This document shows, in pieces, positions 38,528-46,252 of a stretch of DNA of 64,000 bases; the stretch's first letter is position 1; every line of letters starts with the position of its first letter. A model generated the notes under the pieces. It was not told the DNA's origin, did no database searches, and worked only from the letters and a program-made list of their open reading frames with translations. The translations under genes and the position numbers were made by a program. Source of the stretch: Candidatus Omnitrophota bacterium (GTDB lineage: Bacteria; Omnitrophota; Gorgyraeia; Duberdicusellales; 4484-171); assembly GCA_016935525.1 (NCBI GenBank), contig JAFGQU010000015.1, positions 4,162 through 68,161 on the forward strand, written 5' to 3'.

Positions 38528-39361
38528 TTAATCAATGCTTTGAGAAATATCATACAGTTCTTTCAAGGCGATTTCTTTCTCCCGGGCAGTCGGCGACCGG
38601 CCGTGAAAATCAACCACGTGTTCCATAAATGAGACGCCTTTCCCCTTGACGGTATTGGCAATGATCATCGTCGGTTTTCGTTTTACTTCTTTAGCTTGAT
38701 TGAATGCGCACAGTAACGCTTCGACATCATGTCCGTCACACTCGACGACATGCCAGCCGAACGATTCCCATTTATTCACCAGCGGCTCAAGGTTCATCAC
38801 TTCTTCGACTCTTCCGTCAATCTGGAAACCATTATAATCTATAATCCCGCAGAGATTATCTAAATGGTAGTGAGCTGCGGCCATCGCCGCCTCCCATATG
38901 TTGCCTTCCTGAATCTCTCCGTCACCCATCAGACAATACACCCGATACTCTTTTTTATCTAATTTTCCGGCTAACGCCATCCCTAAAGCGACACTTAACC
39001 CCTGGCCGAGCGAGCCACTGGCAAGTTCTACTCCGCACGCCCGCCGGTCGGGATGACCCTGAAGCAGCGAACCGAATTTACGTAACGTTTTCAGATTATC
39101 TAAAGGGAAATACCCGCATAATGCCAATGTCGCATATAATGCCGGACAACAATGCCCTTTGGACAGATGGAACCGATCTCGATCGGGCCATTGAGTATTC
39201 TTCGGGTCATGGTTCATGATCTCGCAAAAAAGACAGGTAATGATCTCCGTGCTGGAAAGCGAGCCGCCGGGATGCCCGCTGCCGGCAATCGAGAGCATCT
39301 CGATAATCAGTTCCCGTACACGGTTGGATTTCTTCTTAAGCGTCTTAATCTTATTTTCCAT
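38528..39361 (-). CDS. Transketolase, N-terminal (TPP-binding) subunit of a split enzyme
   Basis: 277 aa. TPP-binding motifs (GSGHPGGSLSSTEI...; GDGEIQEGNIWEA). Immediately precedes the C-terminal subunit gene. Confidence 0.85.
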   Translation of the reverse strand: MENKIKTLKKKSNRVRELIIEMLSIAGSGHPGGSLSSTEIITCLFCEIMNHDPKNTQWPDRDRFHLSKGHCCPALYATLALCGYFPLDNLKTLRKFGSLLQGHPDRRACGVELASGSLGQGLSVALGMALAGKLDKKEYRVYCLMGDGEIQEGNIWEAAMAAAHYHLDNLCGIIDYNGFQIDGRVEEVMNLEPLVNKWESFGWHVVECDGHDVEALLCAFNQAKEVKRKPTMIIANTVKGKGVSFMEHVVDFHGRSPTAREKEIALKELYDISQSID

Positions 39362-40304
39362 ACTTCTCTATTCTTTCCCGCAAGACCGGATCGTCGGGAT
39401 ACAGCGAATGGCCTTTATCGTAGTAATATAACGCTTTCTCTTTCTGGTCCAGGGCAAGATACACATCCCCCAGGTGTTCGTAAATCACCGGCTCCTCCAG
39501 ATACTGGAGCGCATTGAGAAGATATTTCTCGGACTTTTCATACTCGCCTTGTTTAAAATATATCCAACCGAGACTGTCCAGATACGCTCCGTTCTGGGGA
39601 TCGCCTTTCAACGCTTTCTGGACAAGTTTTTCCGCCTCATTCAGTCTCACCCCTTCCTCGGCATAGATATATCCCAGAGAATTCAAACTATCGCGATGGT
39701 CGGGATTTAATTCCAGCGCTTTCTGCCACATACTGATCGCATCCTGACGCTGGCCGTTCTCTTCATGGAGATATCCCAGCCAGAAATATCCTTCGGCATA
39801 ATCCGGTCGCTGCTCTACTATGGCCTTATAGATCCTGATCGCTTCCTGAGGCATTTTTCGATAAAAATAAAATTGGCCGAGATATTCCGATATCTTTATA
39901 TTTTCGGGGCGAAGCTGATGGGCTTTTTCAAGAAAGTACTGGTATTCTTTTTCGAGTTTTGTTTCGTCCTGCTGGCTGGAATAAAGAAAGATAAGGGCGA
40001 CGGAGGCTTCCAGACTATCCGGCATCAATTCTTTTGCCGCCTGCAATTCCTCTTCGGCTTTATCGAATTTTTTTAACTTCAGCAGGACGGAAGCGAGTTT
40101 GAACCGGATATGCCCGCTTTCGGGGTCGATACGTTTAGCCCGCTCTAATTCGCGATAAGCAAGCTCATAATTATCATCTTTAATCGCGAGCAGCCCGCGT
40201 ACATATCGGCTGGCACCTTGAGGATTGATCTCTGCCGATACTTTAGAAACGCTTAAAAAACACAAGCCTACGGCAAGGATAATGAGAATGACCCTATTCT
40301 TCAT
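39351..40304 (-). CDS. Secreted TPR-repeat protein
   Basis: 317 aa. Signal peptide (MKNRVILIILAVGLCFLSVSKVSA) followed by about 7 TPR motifs. Confidence 0.6.
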   Translation of the reverse strand: MKNRVILIILAVGLCFLSVSKVSAEINPQGASRYVRGLLAIKDDNYELAYRELERAKRIDPESGHIRFKLASVLLKLKKFDKAEEELQAAKELMPDSLEASVALIFLYSSQQDETKLEKEYQYFLEKAHQLRPENIKISEYLGQFYFYRKMPQEAIRIYKAIVEQRPDYAEGYFWLGYLHEENGQRQDAISMWQKALELNPDHRDSLNSLGYIYAEEGVRLNEAEKLVQKALKGDPQNGAYLDSLGWIYFKQGEYEKSEKYLLNALQYLEEPVIYEHLGDVYLALDQKEKALYYYDKGHSLYPDDPVLRERIEKYGK

Positions 40305-40316
40305 TCAAATAGATAA

Positions 40317-40406
40317 TTATTTCTTCTTATGGCGTTGCTGTTTTCTACGTTTTTTAAACCAATGACGTTTTACTTTTGATAACTTACGTTTTCTGCCGCA
40401 AGGCAT
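40317..40406 (-). CDS. Candidate micro-ORF encoding a 29-aa extremely basic peptide (MPCGRKRKLSKVKRHWFKKRRKQQRHKKK)
   Basis: Not in the ORF track (under 60 aa). The ATG is preceded by a strong SD (ttAGGAGGAaccc) that overlaps the hisG stop codon, which suggests translational coupling. It ends 12 nt before the TPR gene. It has no clear resemblance to the known small ribosomal proteins (L34, L36, Thx) from memory. Confidence 0.3.
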   Translation of the reverse strand: MPCGRKRKLSKVKRHWFKKRRKQQRHKKK

Positions 40407-40415
40407 GGGTTCCTC

Positions 40416-41291
40416 CTAATAGATCAATTTGTTTAAAGGATATTCTATGATCCCTTCGGCTCCGGCCGCTTTTAATTGAGGCAGCATGACTCTTACTTGA
40501 TTTTCATCGATCACGACTTCCAAAGCATACCAGCCTTTAATCGTCAACGAAGAAAGAGTCGGCCGTTTTAACGCCGGGAGCAGACTGAGTATTTTCTTTA
40601 AATTTTTCTCCTGTACGTTCAGTTTCAACCCTACTCTTCCTTTTGCCTCCAATGCTCCTCTTAATAGCAAAAGGACATGCTCCATCTTTTTCTTTTTCCA
40701 GGGATCTTTATTCGCTTTTTTATTAGCGATGAATTTTGTCGTAGAAGTGCATACTACCGCTATTTCCTTTAAATTATTCGCCCGTAACGATTCGCCGGTC
40801 TCGGTAAGTTCGACGATCGCATCGACTAATCCCGATTTTACTTTTACCTCGGTCGCCCCCCAGCTGAATTCGACTTCTACGCGTATGTTACGCTCTTTAA
40901 AAAACCGTTTCGTATACTGGACGAGTTCGGTAGCAATACGTTTACCTTGCAAGTCTTTCAATTGTTTGATCGGACCGCCTTCTTTGACGGCGACAACCCA
41001 GCGTACCGGTTTTAAAGTCTTTTTCGCATAGACCAGATCGGCCAGGCGTATCACATCGGAATTATTCTCTAAGATCCAGTCTTCGCCGGTAATCCCGCAG
41101 TCGATGACCCCTTCGGAAACATAACGGGAAATCTCCTGGGCCCGGACCAATACCGCCTGGACTTCGATGTCGTCTAAAGAAGGAAAATACGAACGGCGGT
41201 TCACCGACACGTTAAATCCGGCCATCTTAAACAATTCAAATGTGGAATCTTGCAGACTCCCTTTAGGTAATCCGATTTTTAGTACTTTCAT
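40416..41291 (-). CDS. hisG: ATP phosphoribosyltransferase, long form with a C-terminal regulatory domain
   Basis: 291 aa. MKVLKIGLPKGSLQDSTFELFKMAGF matches the HisG N-terminus, and the C-terminal roughly 80 aa resemble the HisG_C regulatory domain. No other his genes are nearby. Confidence 0.85.
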   Translation of the reverse strand: MKVLKIGLPKGSLQDSTFELFKMAGFNVSVNRRSYFPSLDDIEVQAVLVRAQEISRYVSEGVIDCGITGEDWILENNSDVIRLADLVYAKKTLKPVRWVVAVKEGGPIKQLKDLQGKRIATELVQYTKRFFKERNIRVEVEFSWGATEVKVKSGLVDAIVELTETGESLRANNLKEIAVVCTSTTKFIANKKANKDPWKKKKMEHVLLLLRGALEAKGRVGLKLNVQEKNLKKILSLLPALKRPTLSSLTIKGWYALEVVIDENQVRVMLPQLKAAGAEGIIEYPLNKLIY

Positions 41292-41381
41292 GGGATTCTC
41301 CTGGATAAGCTTGTAGAATTATACTGTTTAAATGCCGGTTTGTAAAGCAAAATATCATGTATCCCGCTTAACTCTATAGAC

Positions 41382-42500
41382 TTAAAGATCTCCTTGCCGG
41401 GAGATAACCTCTTGGGCCGCCGCCAGCACCTCATCCACCGATATCTGCTCGAGACATTGATGATCATGTTCACAAGGTATAATACGAAAATTCCGGTAAC
41501 AAGGCTGACAGGACAATTGTTTAGAAATCACCTTTACCCTCCCCGCTGATGCAGGATAGGAACCATACACCCTTTCATCCACCGGCCCGGCCAGAGCGAT
41601 AATCGGTTTGTCCAGCGCATCAGCAAACCTTAACGGTCCGGTATTGTTACCGATACACAGAGAACAATGCCGCATCAAAGCGATCATCTCTTCCAAAGAG
41701 ATCTCGCTCAAATCATGGCACCGGTCTTTATAGGAACCGGTCATATTAATAATATGATCTACTTCTCGTTTTTCTTTCGGTCCGGCAAAAAGAAATATTT
41801 CGGCATCAAACCGATCGATAAGCTGTACGGCCAGTCCGGCGAATTTTTCTTTATCCCATCGGCGTATTTTTGCGTCCTTCCCGAACGCTTCTCCGCCGCA
41901 AGGCACCAACCCTATAATCGGTTTACCCGTTAACTGGTTTTGTTCGATAAACTCTTTTGCCCAACCGGATACGCCGGATGAAGTGAACACCGCAAAAGGG
42001 AACGTTTCTGTCTCAACGGGCAATGCACGTAATACATCCAGGTAGTACTCGGCGACATGACGGTCACAAAAACCGGAAAAAGGTATTTTATCGGTTAAGA
42101 ACCGCCCTCTTCCTTTATAATTCAACCCGATCCGCCGGGGAATCCCTATCACCCAAGAAAAAAAACCGAACTGGGAATTGAGCGATAGATCAAGAGCCAC
42201 CTCTATACGTTTTTTCTTGATGTTCTTCAGAAAAGAAAAAGTTTTTTTAAGCCATATACGCGTAGACATTTTACGTACCCGTTCGAATTCATCGCGGTCA
42301 TAAATAAAAAAACCGGAAATCGCGGGATTATTCTTAAGGATCCGGACGGCCCGGGAATTACAGAGATAATAGATATCGCTTTGAGGAAAAGCTTTTTTAA
42401 GATTACTCAGCAGGGGCGTGGAAAAAAGCACATCACCTATCCCAAAAGGGTTGATAACTAAAAAAGATTTATAGAGAGAAATCCGGTTACTTTTTGGCAC
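41382..42500 (-). CDS. ADP-heptose:LPS heptosyltransferase (glycosyltransferase family 9)
   Basis: 372 aa GT-B fold. The N-terminus INPFGIGDVLFSTPLLSNLKKAFPQSDI is a typical GT9 (WaaC/WaaF) signature. Confidence 0.75.
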   Translation of the reverse strand: MPKSNRISLYKSFLVINPFGIGDVLFSTPLLSNLKKAFPQSDIYYLCNSRAVRILKNNPAISGFFIYDRDEFERVRKMSTRIWLKKTFSFLKNIKKKRIEVALDLSLNSQFGFFSWVIGIPRRIGLNYKGRGRFLTDKIPFSGFCDRHVAEYYLDVLRALPVETETFPFAVFTSSGVSGWAKEFIEQNQLTGKPIIGLVPCGGEAFGKDAKIRRWDKEKFAGLAVQLIDRFDAEIFLFAGPKEKREVDHIINMTGSYKDRCHDLSEISLEEMIALMRHCSLCIGNNTGPLRFADALDKPIIALAGPVDERVYGSYPASAGRVKVISKQLSCQPCYRNFRIIPCEHDHQCLEQISVDEVLAAAQEVISRQGDL

Positions 42501-42969
42501 GGTTTATTTTGCACTTAAGCAAATCATCGACTTTATCTATAAAATCATTCCGTTTCTGGTTAGCCAAATCGATCTTTCTTTTCACCCCGCCGATATACGC
42601 CAGAGGCTTATCTCTACGGCGGGCCTCGTCTTCTAAATCCCAGATCTCCATATTTTTCCGGCATAGCCCATCAATCGCCGAAGCCAGAGTAGTGACTTTA
42701 CCGATTTTGCCGATATCGCGCGGGTCATTATACAGTTTGATCTTCTCATCCTGCAGAACGATCTTCCCGCTCAAAGCGTGCCCGATGAATATTTCCACTT
42801 CTTTTAATAACGTCTTCTTTTGTTTCCGGAGAACAGCTAATTTCTGGCGCAGTTCTTTTTTAGAAAATTTATTATTTTTATTTTTGAGCATCTTTTTTAT
42901 ATGAAACTCTCTTATCGACTTGATCGTCAGCTTATCTACTAAACTTCCCAGGGTTTCGGCCATACTCAT
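42487..42969 (-). CDS. Small cytoplasmic helical protein of unknown function, possibly a DUF4254-type heptosyltransferase-associated protein
   Basis: 160 aa, lysine-rich with predicted coiled-coil. Segments ASAIDGLCRKNMEIWDLEDEARRRD and KRKIDLANQKRNDFIDKVD are reminiscent of DUF4254 proteins, which commonly accompany GT9 heptosyltransferase genes. The DUF4254 attribution is from memory and is not certain. A strong SD (GAGGAGG) is present, and the gene overlaps the GT9 gene start by 14 nt. Confidence 0.35.
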   Translation of the reverse strand: MSMAETLGSLVDKLTIKSIREFHIKKMLKNKNNKFSKKELRQKLAVLRKQKKTLLKEVEIFIGHALSGKIVLQDEKIKLYNDPRDIGKIGKVTTLASAIDGLCRKNMEIWDLEDEARRRDKPLAYIGGVKRKIDLANQKRNDFIDKVDDLLKCKINRAKK

Positions 42970-42992
42970 CCTCCTCTGTTATAAATTATCAC

Positions 42993-43069
42993 TTAGCAAT
43001 TAACAATTAGCATTTAGCAATGAATGATTTCCCATTGCTAATTGATCATTGATAATTGAACATTGCTAA
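42993..43069. promoter_or_regulatory. Nested palindromic array of the octamer TTAGCAAT: two direct copies on the left and two inverted copies (ATTGCTAA) on the right, sharing a common centre
   Basis: Visible in the sequence: acTTAGCAATtaacaaTTAGCATTTAGCAATgaatgatttccCATTGCTAAttgatcattgataattgaacATTGCTAAatt. The inner pair forms the perfect palindrome tagcaatg-N10-cattgcta. It fills the whole manC-stop to DUF4254-like-start spacer. Confidence 0.4.
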
Positions 43070-43070
43070 A

Positions 43071-44483
43071 TTAATATGACGTATACCTTTTAATATCATC
43101 TTCGCCTACATAAGAACCGATCTGGACTTCGATGATCTTAATCATGCGGCGAGTAGGATTATATACTTTATGTTTCTTGCCTTTGGCGACATAAATACTC
43201 TCGTTTTTTTTGACCACGATCTTTTTGCGGCCCAATTGCACCTCGGCTTTGCCTTCAACGACATTCCAATGTTCACTACGATATGCATGGGTCTGTAGAG
43301 AGATGAATTTCCCGGGATATACTCCGATCTCTTTTACTTTGTAATTCTCTTTTTCATGAAGCACGGTATAGTATCCCCAGGGCCGATACACCGTCAGGCT
43401 GTCTTTTACTTGCGGGACTTTTTTCGCCTTAAGGTGCTGGATCAACTTTTTTACTTTATCGGAAAAGCCCTTTTTCATCACCAGTATGGAATCGGAGCTC
43501 TCGACCACAATCAGGTCTTTCACGCCTAAAAGGCTTACCAGTTTATCTCTGGTAAACACAAAACAATCCCGCGCTTCCAGAAATTCCGCGGTTCCGATAC
43601 TGAAATTATTCTTATGTGGAGCAAAAAAATCGAGTACGCTCTCCCAACTTCCCATGTCCGACCACTGGGCCGTAAGCGGGACAAGACAAGCCCTGCGGGT
43701 TTTTTGCATGATCGCATAATCAATAGAATCTTCGGGAACGTTAGAAAACCGGTCACGCAATTCACCAAACGGCAACGCGCAGGTTTTGTACATCGCGGGA
43801 GCATACCGGGCGAGTTCTTCAAAAAACAGCTCTTTGGTAAAACAGAATATCCCGGCATTCCAGTAAGCTTTCCGACGCATGAGTGATCTGATTTTTTTCG
43901 AAGAAGGTTTTTCGATAAACTGCTTTACCGGATAGCCGCCCGCCGCCGGGGAACCCGTAAGCACATAGCCGAACCCCTCCTTGGGTGAGACGGGTTTTAC
44001 TCCGAAAATAGTAATATAGCCTTTTCGAGAGAGTTTCGCAGCCCGATCGACACAACTGGCAAAACGGTTTAAAGGAGTGATGATATGATCGGAAGGAAAT
44101 ACAAAAAAAATGTCGCTGGAGGCGCACTTTTGTGATTGTATTGCCAGCGCGACCGCCGGAGCGGTGCTGCGCGGACAGGGTTCCAGGATAACGTTCTTTT
44201 TCAGTTTCTGTTTGGTCTGCCCGGAGATGTTCTGTAACGATTCGATTTGATTGATGATATGGAACTTGTATTCTAAAGAGGTGACCGTGATGATCTTTTC
44301 CGGATCAAAACACCTCCTCAATCGTTTAATCGTGAGCTGAAAAAGGGATTCTCCGTATATGAGCTCAATAAACTGTTTGGGATAGTTTTCCCGCGAAAGC
44401 GGCCATAACCGGGTCCCCTTACCTCCGGCCAATACTATTGCATACATCGATTTTTTCATACGCTCATCAGTTACAATCACCAA
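43071..44483 (-). CDS. manC: Mannose-1-phosphate guanylyltransferase / mannose-6-phosphate isomerase (bifunctional ManC/CpsB type)
   Basis: About 463-470 aa. N-terminal nucleotidyltransferase (YAIVLAGGKGTRLWPLSRENYPKQF) and a C-terminal cupin mannose-6-phosphate isomerase domain. The track start is a TTG; the ATG giving MKKSMYAIVL about 24 nt downstream is more likely. Confidence 0.85.
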   Translation of the reverse strand: MVIVTDERMKKSMYAIVLAGGKGTRLWPLSRENYPKQFIELIYGESLFQLTIKRLRRCFDPEKIITVTSLEYKFHIINQIESLQNISGQTKQKLKKNVILEPCPRSTAPAVALAIQSQKCASSDIFFVFPSDHIITPLNRFASCVDRAAKLSRKGYITIFGVKPVSPKEGFGYVLTGSPAAGGYPVKQFIEKPSSKKIRSLMRRKAYWNAGIFCFTKELFFEELARYAPAMYKTCALPFGELRDRFSNVPEDSIDYAIMQKTRRACLVPLTAQWSDMGSWESVLDFFAPHKNNFSIGTAEFLEARDCFVFTRDKLVSLLGVKDLIVVESSDSILVMKKGFSDKVKKLIQHLKAKKVPQVKDSLTVYRPWGYYTVLHEKENYKVKEIGVYPGKFISLQTHAYRSEHWNVVEGKAEVQLGRKKIVVKKNESIYVAKGKKHKVYNPTRRMIKIIEVQIGSYVGEDDIKRYTSY

Positions 44484-44729
44484 TAACCAAGATACAGCTT
44501 TTAAACCCTAAATTCTAAACTCTAAATCCTAAGCAAACTCAAAAATGGAGAAAACACAAAGCCTAAAACAAGATATCCATAGGATAGGAAATCAAAAACA
44601 AATGAGCATCTTGAATTTGGGATTTATGATTTAGGGCTTGTTTAGGGCTTAGAACTTTGGATTTAGGATTTATCATTGGTTATTGTATCTTGGAATTTGG
44701 TTATTTATTTTAAAAGATACGTATACTTC
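44484..44729. repeat. AT-rich intergenic element. Degenerate CCCTAAA-type heptamers on the left are mirrored by TTTAGGG copies on the right, and related 18-20 nt imperfect inverted repeats sit at the outer edges.
   Basis: Left: aaaCCCTAAAttCTAAActCTAAAtcCTAAGc. Right: gaTTTAGGGcttgTTTAGGGcttagaactttggaTTTAGGaTTTa. Outer: ccaataaccaagataca versus cattggttattgtatcttgg. Confidence 0.35.
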
Positions 44730-46199
44730 TCAATTCTTATCCCTTACCGGTTTCGACTGTTTTGAAAAAAATCCTCCGGTATAACCGTCTAAGATAGCGG
44801 TCAATTCCATAAGCCTTAATTCTTTTTTTAACCGATCGTCTTTCTTCAACGAGGGATCGGCTAATTCCGCCTTTACCCTGACCCGGGCAAAATACACAGT
44901 GTTGATATCATCAAGGATATTATTCCGTAACTGGGCGGTAAGCCGGCTGCGGGTATCGATATCATCTTCATAACTGTTCCAGATAAGGTCGCCCACGTCC
45001 CAGGCGATATTGACGCCCCAGTCCCGGGGACCGACGGCGAACTGCCCACTACTGCTGCCGTATACACTTTTATCATAATCAACGCTGATCTGTGGAAACA
45101 ATGCCCGGTATTTTAACGCATTTCTCCATTTTTGCACTTTTTGCGGATGGACTTCATTATATGTTAACGCGGCCTGTTGTACAGAGAGGTATCCCGGTTC
45201 ATCTTTTATCAATTCCTGCATACGGATAGAATAACTGGAAAGAGTAAATTCTTCTTTCTGGAATAATCCTCGCCCGGTGGCGACAAATAATCTCCCCGTA
45301 GTATCCCAGTCAAGCCAGAAGATATCCTCAGTGGGAAGCCCTTCAAACAGGGAACGTGATTCTTCATAATCCAGATCGACAATACACAACCCTCCGTCGG
45401 TAGCGACATAAAGGCTACGGATAGCATCGGAAGGCTGGCTTATGCAGCGGATATCGGCATTCTCAAGATGAGAGATATACTGTTTAAAAAAAAGTCTTCC
45501 GCCGTCACGCGAGACAAACAATCCTTCACTGGTCCCCAGATAGATAATATCCTGGTCATACCGGTCATACGCTACCGTAGAGATACTGAGACTTGCCGGT
45601 TCATCGGCTTCGGTCTCTATTGAATGCCGGACGATCGCCTTTTTAACCCCTTCATTGTCTTTGAACGAATACACTCCCTGAGCAGTCGCAAGGACTATCC
45701 CCGCCCCATAACTATCCAGGGCATATACCGGGATATCGTTTAAAAATCCCGGACAGGGACTCCACTGGCCCGTATCTTCCCGGCTCACCAAAAGCCCGTG
45801 AGTCGTCCCCAGATACAGGGTATCTTCTGTTTTTATGACCGCCAGGGTTTCTTCTTCGGGGCCGATACCGAACAGCTTCCGATTACCTTGGGGAGAGATG
45901 AGATAAAGCGAAGACTCACTTAACAGATATACCGTATCGTAAAGATGCCGGTCAACAAAAAGGTCGCGGATCTCTTCACCCCGGGAAATAAAAACTTTTT
46001 CCCATGTGCGTCCTCTATCTTTACTTCTGAAAAGTATATCTTCGGAAATAGTATATATCAGCCGATCGTCTATTGGTGAGACGATTACTTTTTGAACACT
46101 GTCTTTATCTACCCCGGTCACTTGAATAAACCCTCCCCATACCGAATAATAAGGGATCACCGTCAAGAGTATTGCCCAAAGGAATTTTTTCATGGCCAC
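44730..46199 (-). CDS. Secreted beta-propeller-like repeat protein (BNR/Ycf48/sialidase-like repeats) with a distinct C-terminal domain. Function unknown.
   Basis: 489 aa. Signal peptide (MAMKKFLWAILLTVIPYYSVWG), and recurring short repeats with S/T-x-D-x-G-x-T/W character (SKDRGRTW, STDGGLC, SRDGGRLF, EDTGQWS). GTG start. Confidence 0.35.
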   Translation of the reverse strand: MAMKKFLWAILLTVIPYYSVWGGFIQVTGVDKDSVQKVIVSPIDDRLIYTISEDILFRSKDRGRTWEKVFISRGEEIRDLFVDRHLYDTVYLLSESSLYLISPQGNRKLFGIGPEEETLAVIKTEDTLYLGTTHGLLVSREDTGQWSPCPGFLNDIPVYALDSYGAGIVLATAQGVYSFKDNEGVKKAIVRHSIETEADEPASLSISTVAYDRYDQDIIYLGTSEGLFVSRDGGRLFFKQYISHLENADIRCISQPSDAIRSLYVATDGGLCIVDLDYEESRSLFEGLPTEDIFWLDWDTTGRLFVATGRGLFQKEEFTLSSYSIRMQELIKDEPGYLSVQQAALTYNEVHPQKVQKWRNALKYRALFPQISVDYDKSVYGSSSGQFAVGPRDWGVNIAWDVGDLIWNSYEDDIDTRSRLTAQLRNNILDDINTVYFARVRVKAELADPSLKKDDRLKKELRLMELTAILDGYTGGFFSKQSKPVRDKN

Positions 46200-46252
46200 C
46201 TCCTCGCCATAACAATCCCGGACAATACCTTTTTATTTTACCTATCCCCATT

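Noticed and set aside
41288-41473. A 61-aa minus-strand ORF overlapping the 3' end of the heptosyltransferase gene and the hisG upstream region
   Set aside because: Most of it is an alternative frame of the GT9 gene. It has no SD and an arbitrary-looking sequence.
42970-44729. Whether the TTAGCAAT array or the CCCTAAA/TTTAGGG region are CRISPR arrays
   Set aside because: The repeat units are only 7-8 nt, irregularly spaced, and partly in inverted orientation. There are no 25-40-nt direct repeats separated by unique spacers and no cas genes anywhere in the window.
44873-45427. Two minus-strand ORFs (44873-45082 and 45209-45427) listed in the track
   Set aside because: They are alternative frames nested inside the 489-aa beta-propeller gene on the same strand. 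Their products are G/S/P-rich low-complexity, consistent with out-of-frame translation.
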